Of a stretch of DNA of 64,000 nucleotides, positions 63,595-64,000 are shown in pieces. Source of the stretch: Octopus vulgaris (taxonomy: Eukaryota); contig OX597819.1 of the NCBI GenBank assembly GCA_951406725.2, positions 35,278,001-35,342,000 of the forward strand. The letters are read 5' to 3'. The notes below the pieces were generated by a model. That model did not search any database and was not told the origin of the DNA. It saw nothing but the letters and a program-made list of their open reading frames with translations. Position 1 is the first letter of the stretch, and each line of letters begins with the position of its first letter. Position numbers and translations under genes: made by a program.

Positions 63595-64000
63595 TCCTCG
63601 CGAGAAGACCCGGCAGGACAAGTGAGTCCATAACCCGTGGCCTTCTACTTGGGATGGAGCCAGCCTACGTATGCATACCTTCCCTTCTTGGGACACAAAA
63701 CTCTACTTGTGAAGACCTGTTGAGGCAAGTGAGGATCAGAATCGAAATCGATCAATGGAAATTGCAGATGTGTTACCAGTGCCGGTGGCATGTCGAAACT
63801 CTACTTGTGAAGACCCGTTGAGGCAAGTGAGGATCAGAATGGAAATCAATCAATGGAAATTGCAGATGTGTTACCAGTGCCGGTGGCATGTAAGAGAACC
63901 TTCCGTTTCGCGACCGTTGCCAGCACCGCCCCATTTCGTGTCCGTTGCCAGCCTCGCCTGGCCCTTGTGCCAGTGGCACATAAAAAGCACCATCCGTTCG
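63595..64000 (+). mobile_element. RTE 3' UTR fragment with a roughly 99-bp tandem duplication, running off the window
   Basis: gtgccggtggca..aaaaagcacc motifs shared with the other RTE 3' ends; aaactctacttgtgaagacc..gtgccggtggcatgt repeated at about 63698 and 63797. Confidence 0.7.

Overview
AT-rich, microsatellite-rich, repeat-dense eukaryotic genomic DNA. The repeat families (tRNA-derived SINEs, RTE LINEs with (GAT)n tails, mariners) look like those of an Octopus genome; this is an inference. One spliced gene runs on the minus strand from an ATG at 47637 through at least 7 phase-compatible exons (47191-47637, 34569-34842, 30815-30928, 26395-26538, 23090-24172, 5552-5593, 2013-2096; about 729 codons) and continues past the left edge. 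It encodes signal peptide, RSKR furin-like site, MANSC domain, Thr linker, EB/EGF-like module, LDLa module and a long Q/N/Y-rich region, i.e. an LRP11-like protein. The rest is introns and intergenic DNA with SINEs, decayed RTE LINEs, three mariner remnants, two Helitron-like elements, MITEs and minisatellites. The most notable non-genic signal is five loci with type I hammerhead-ribozyme-like motifs (about 7.8, 9.5, 12.8, 50.9 and 56.4 kb). Four sit in fold-back structures, several next to (TA)n tracts, and one is attached to a Penelope-like GIY-YIG remnant carrying an internal tRNA-like segment. The 9.3-9.7 kb locus has a near-canonical hammerhead in a 354-nt non-coding unit whose end-to-start junction is preserved on the opposite strand, as expected for a retrozyme-like circular or tandem RNA. 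All folding was done by eye; no searches were run.
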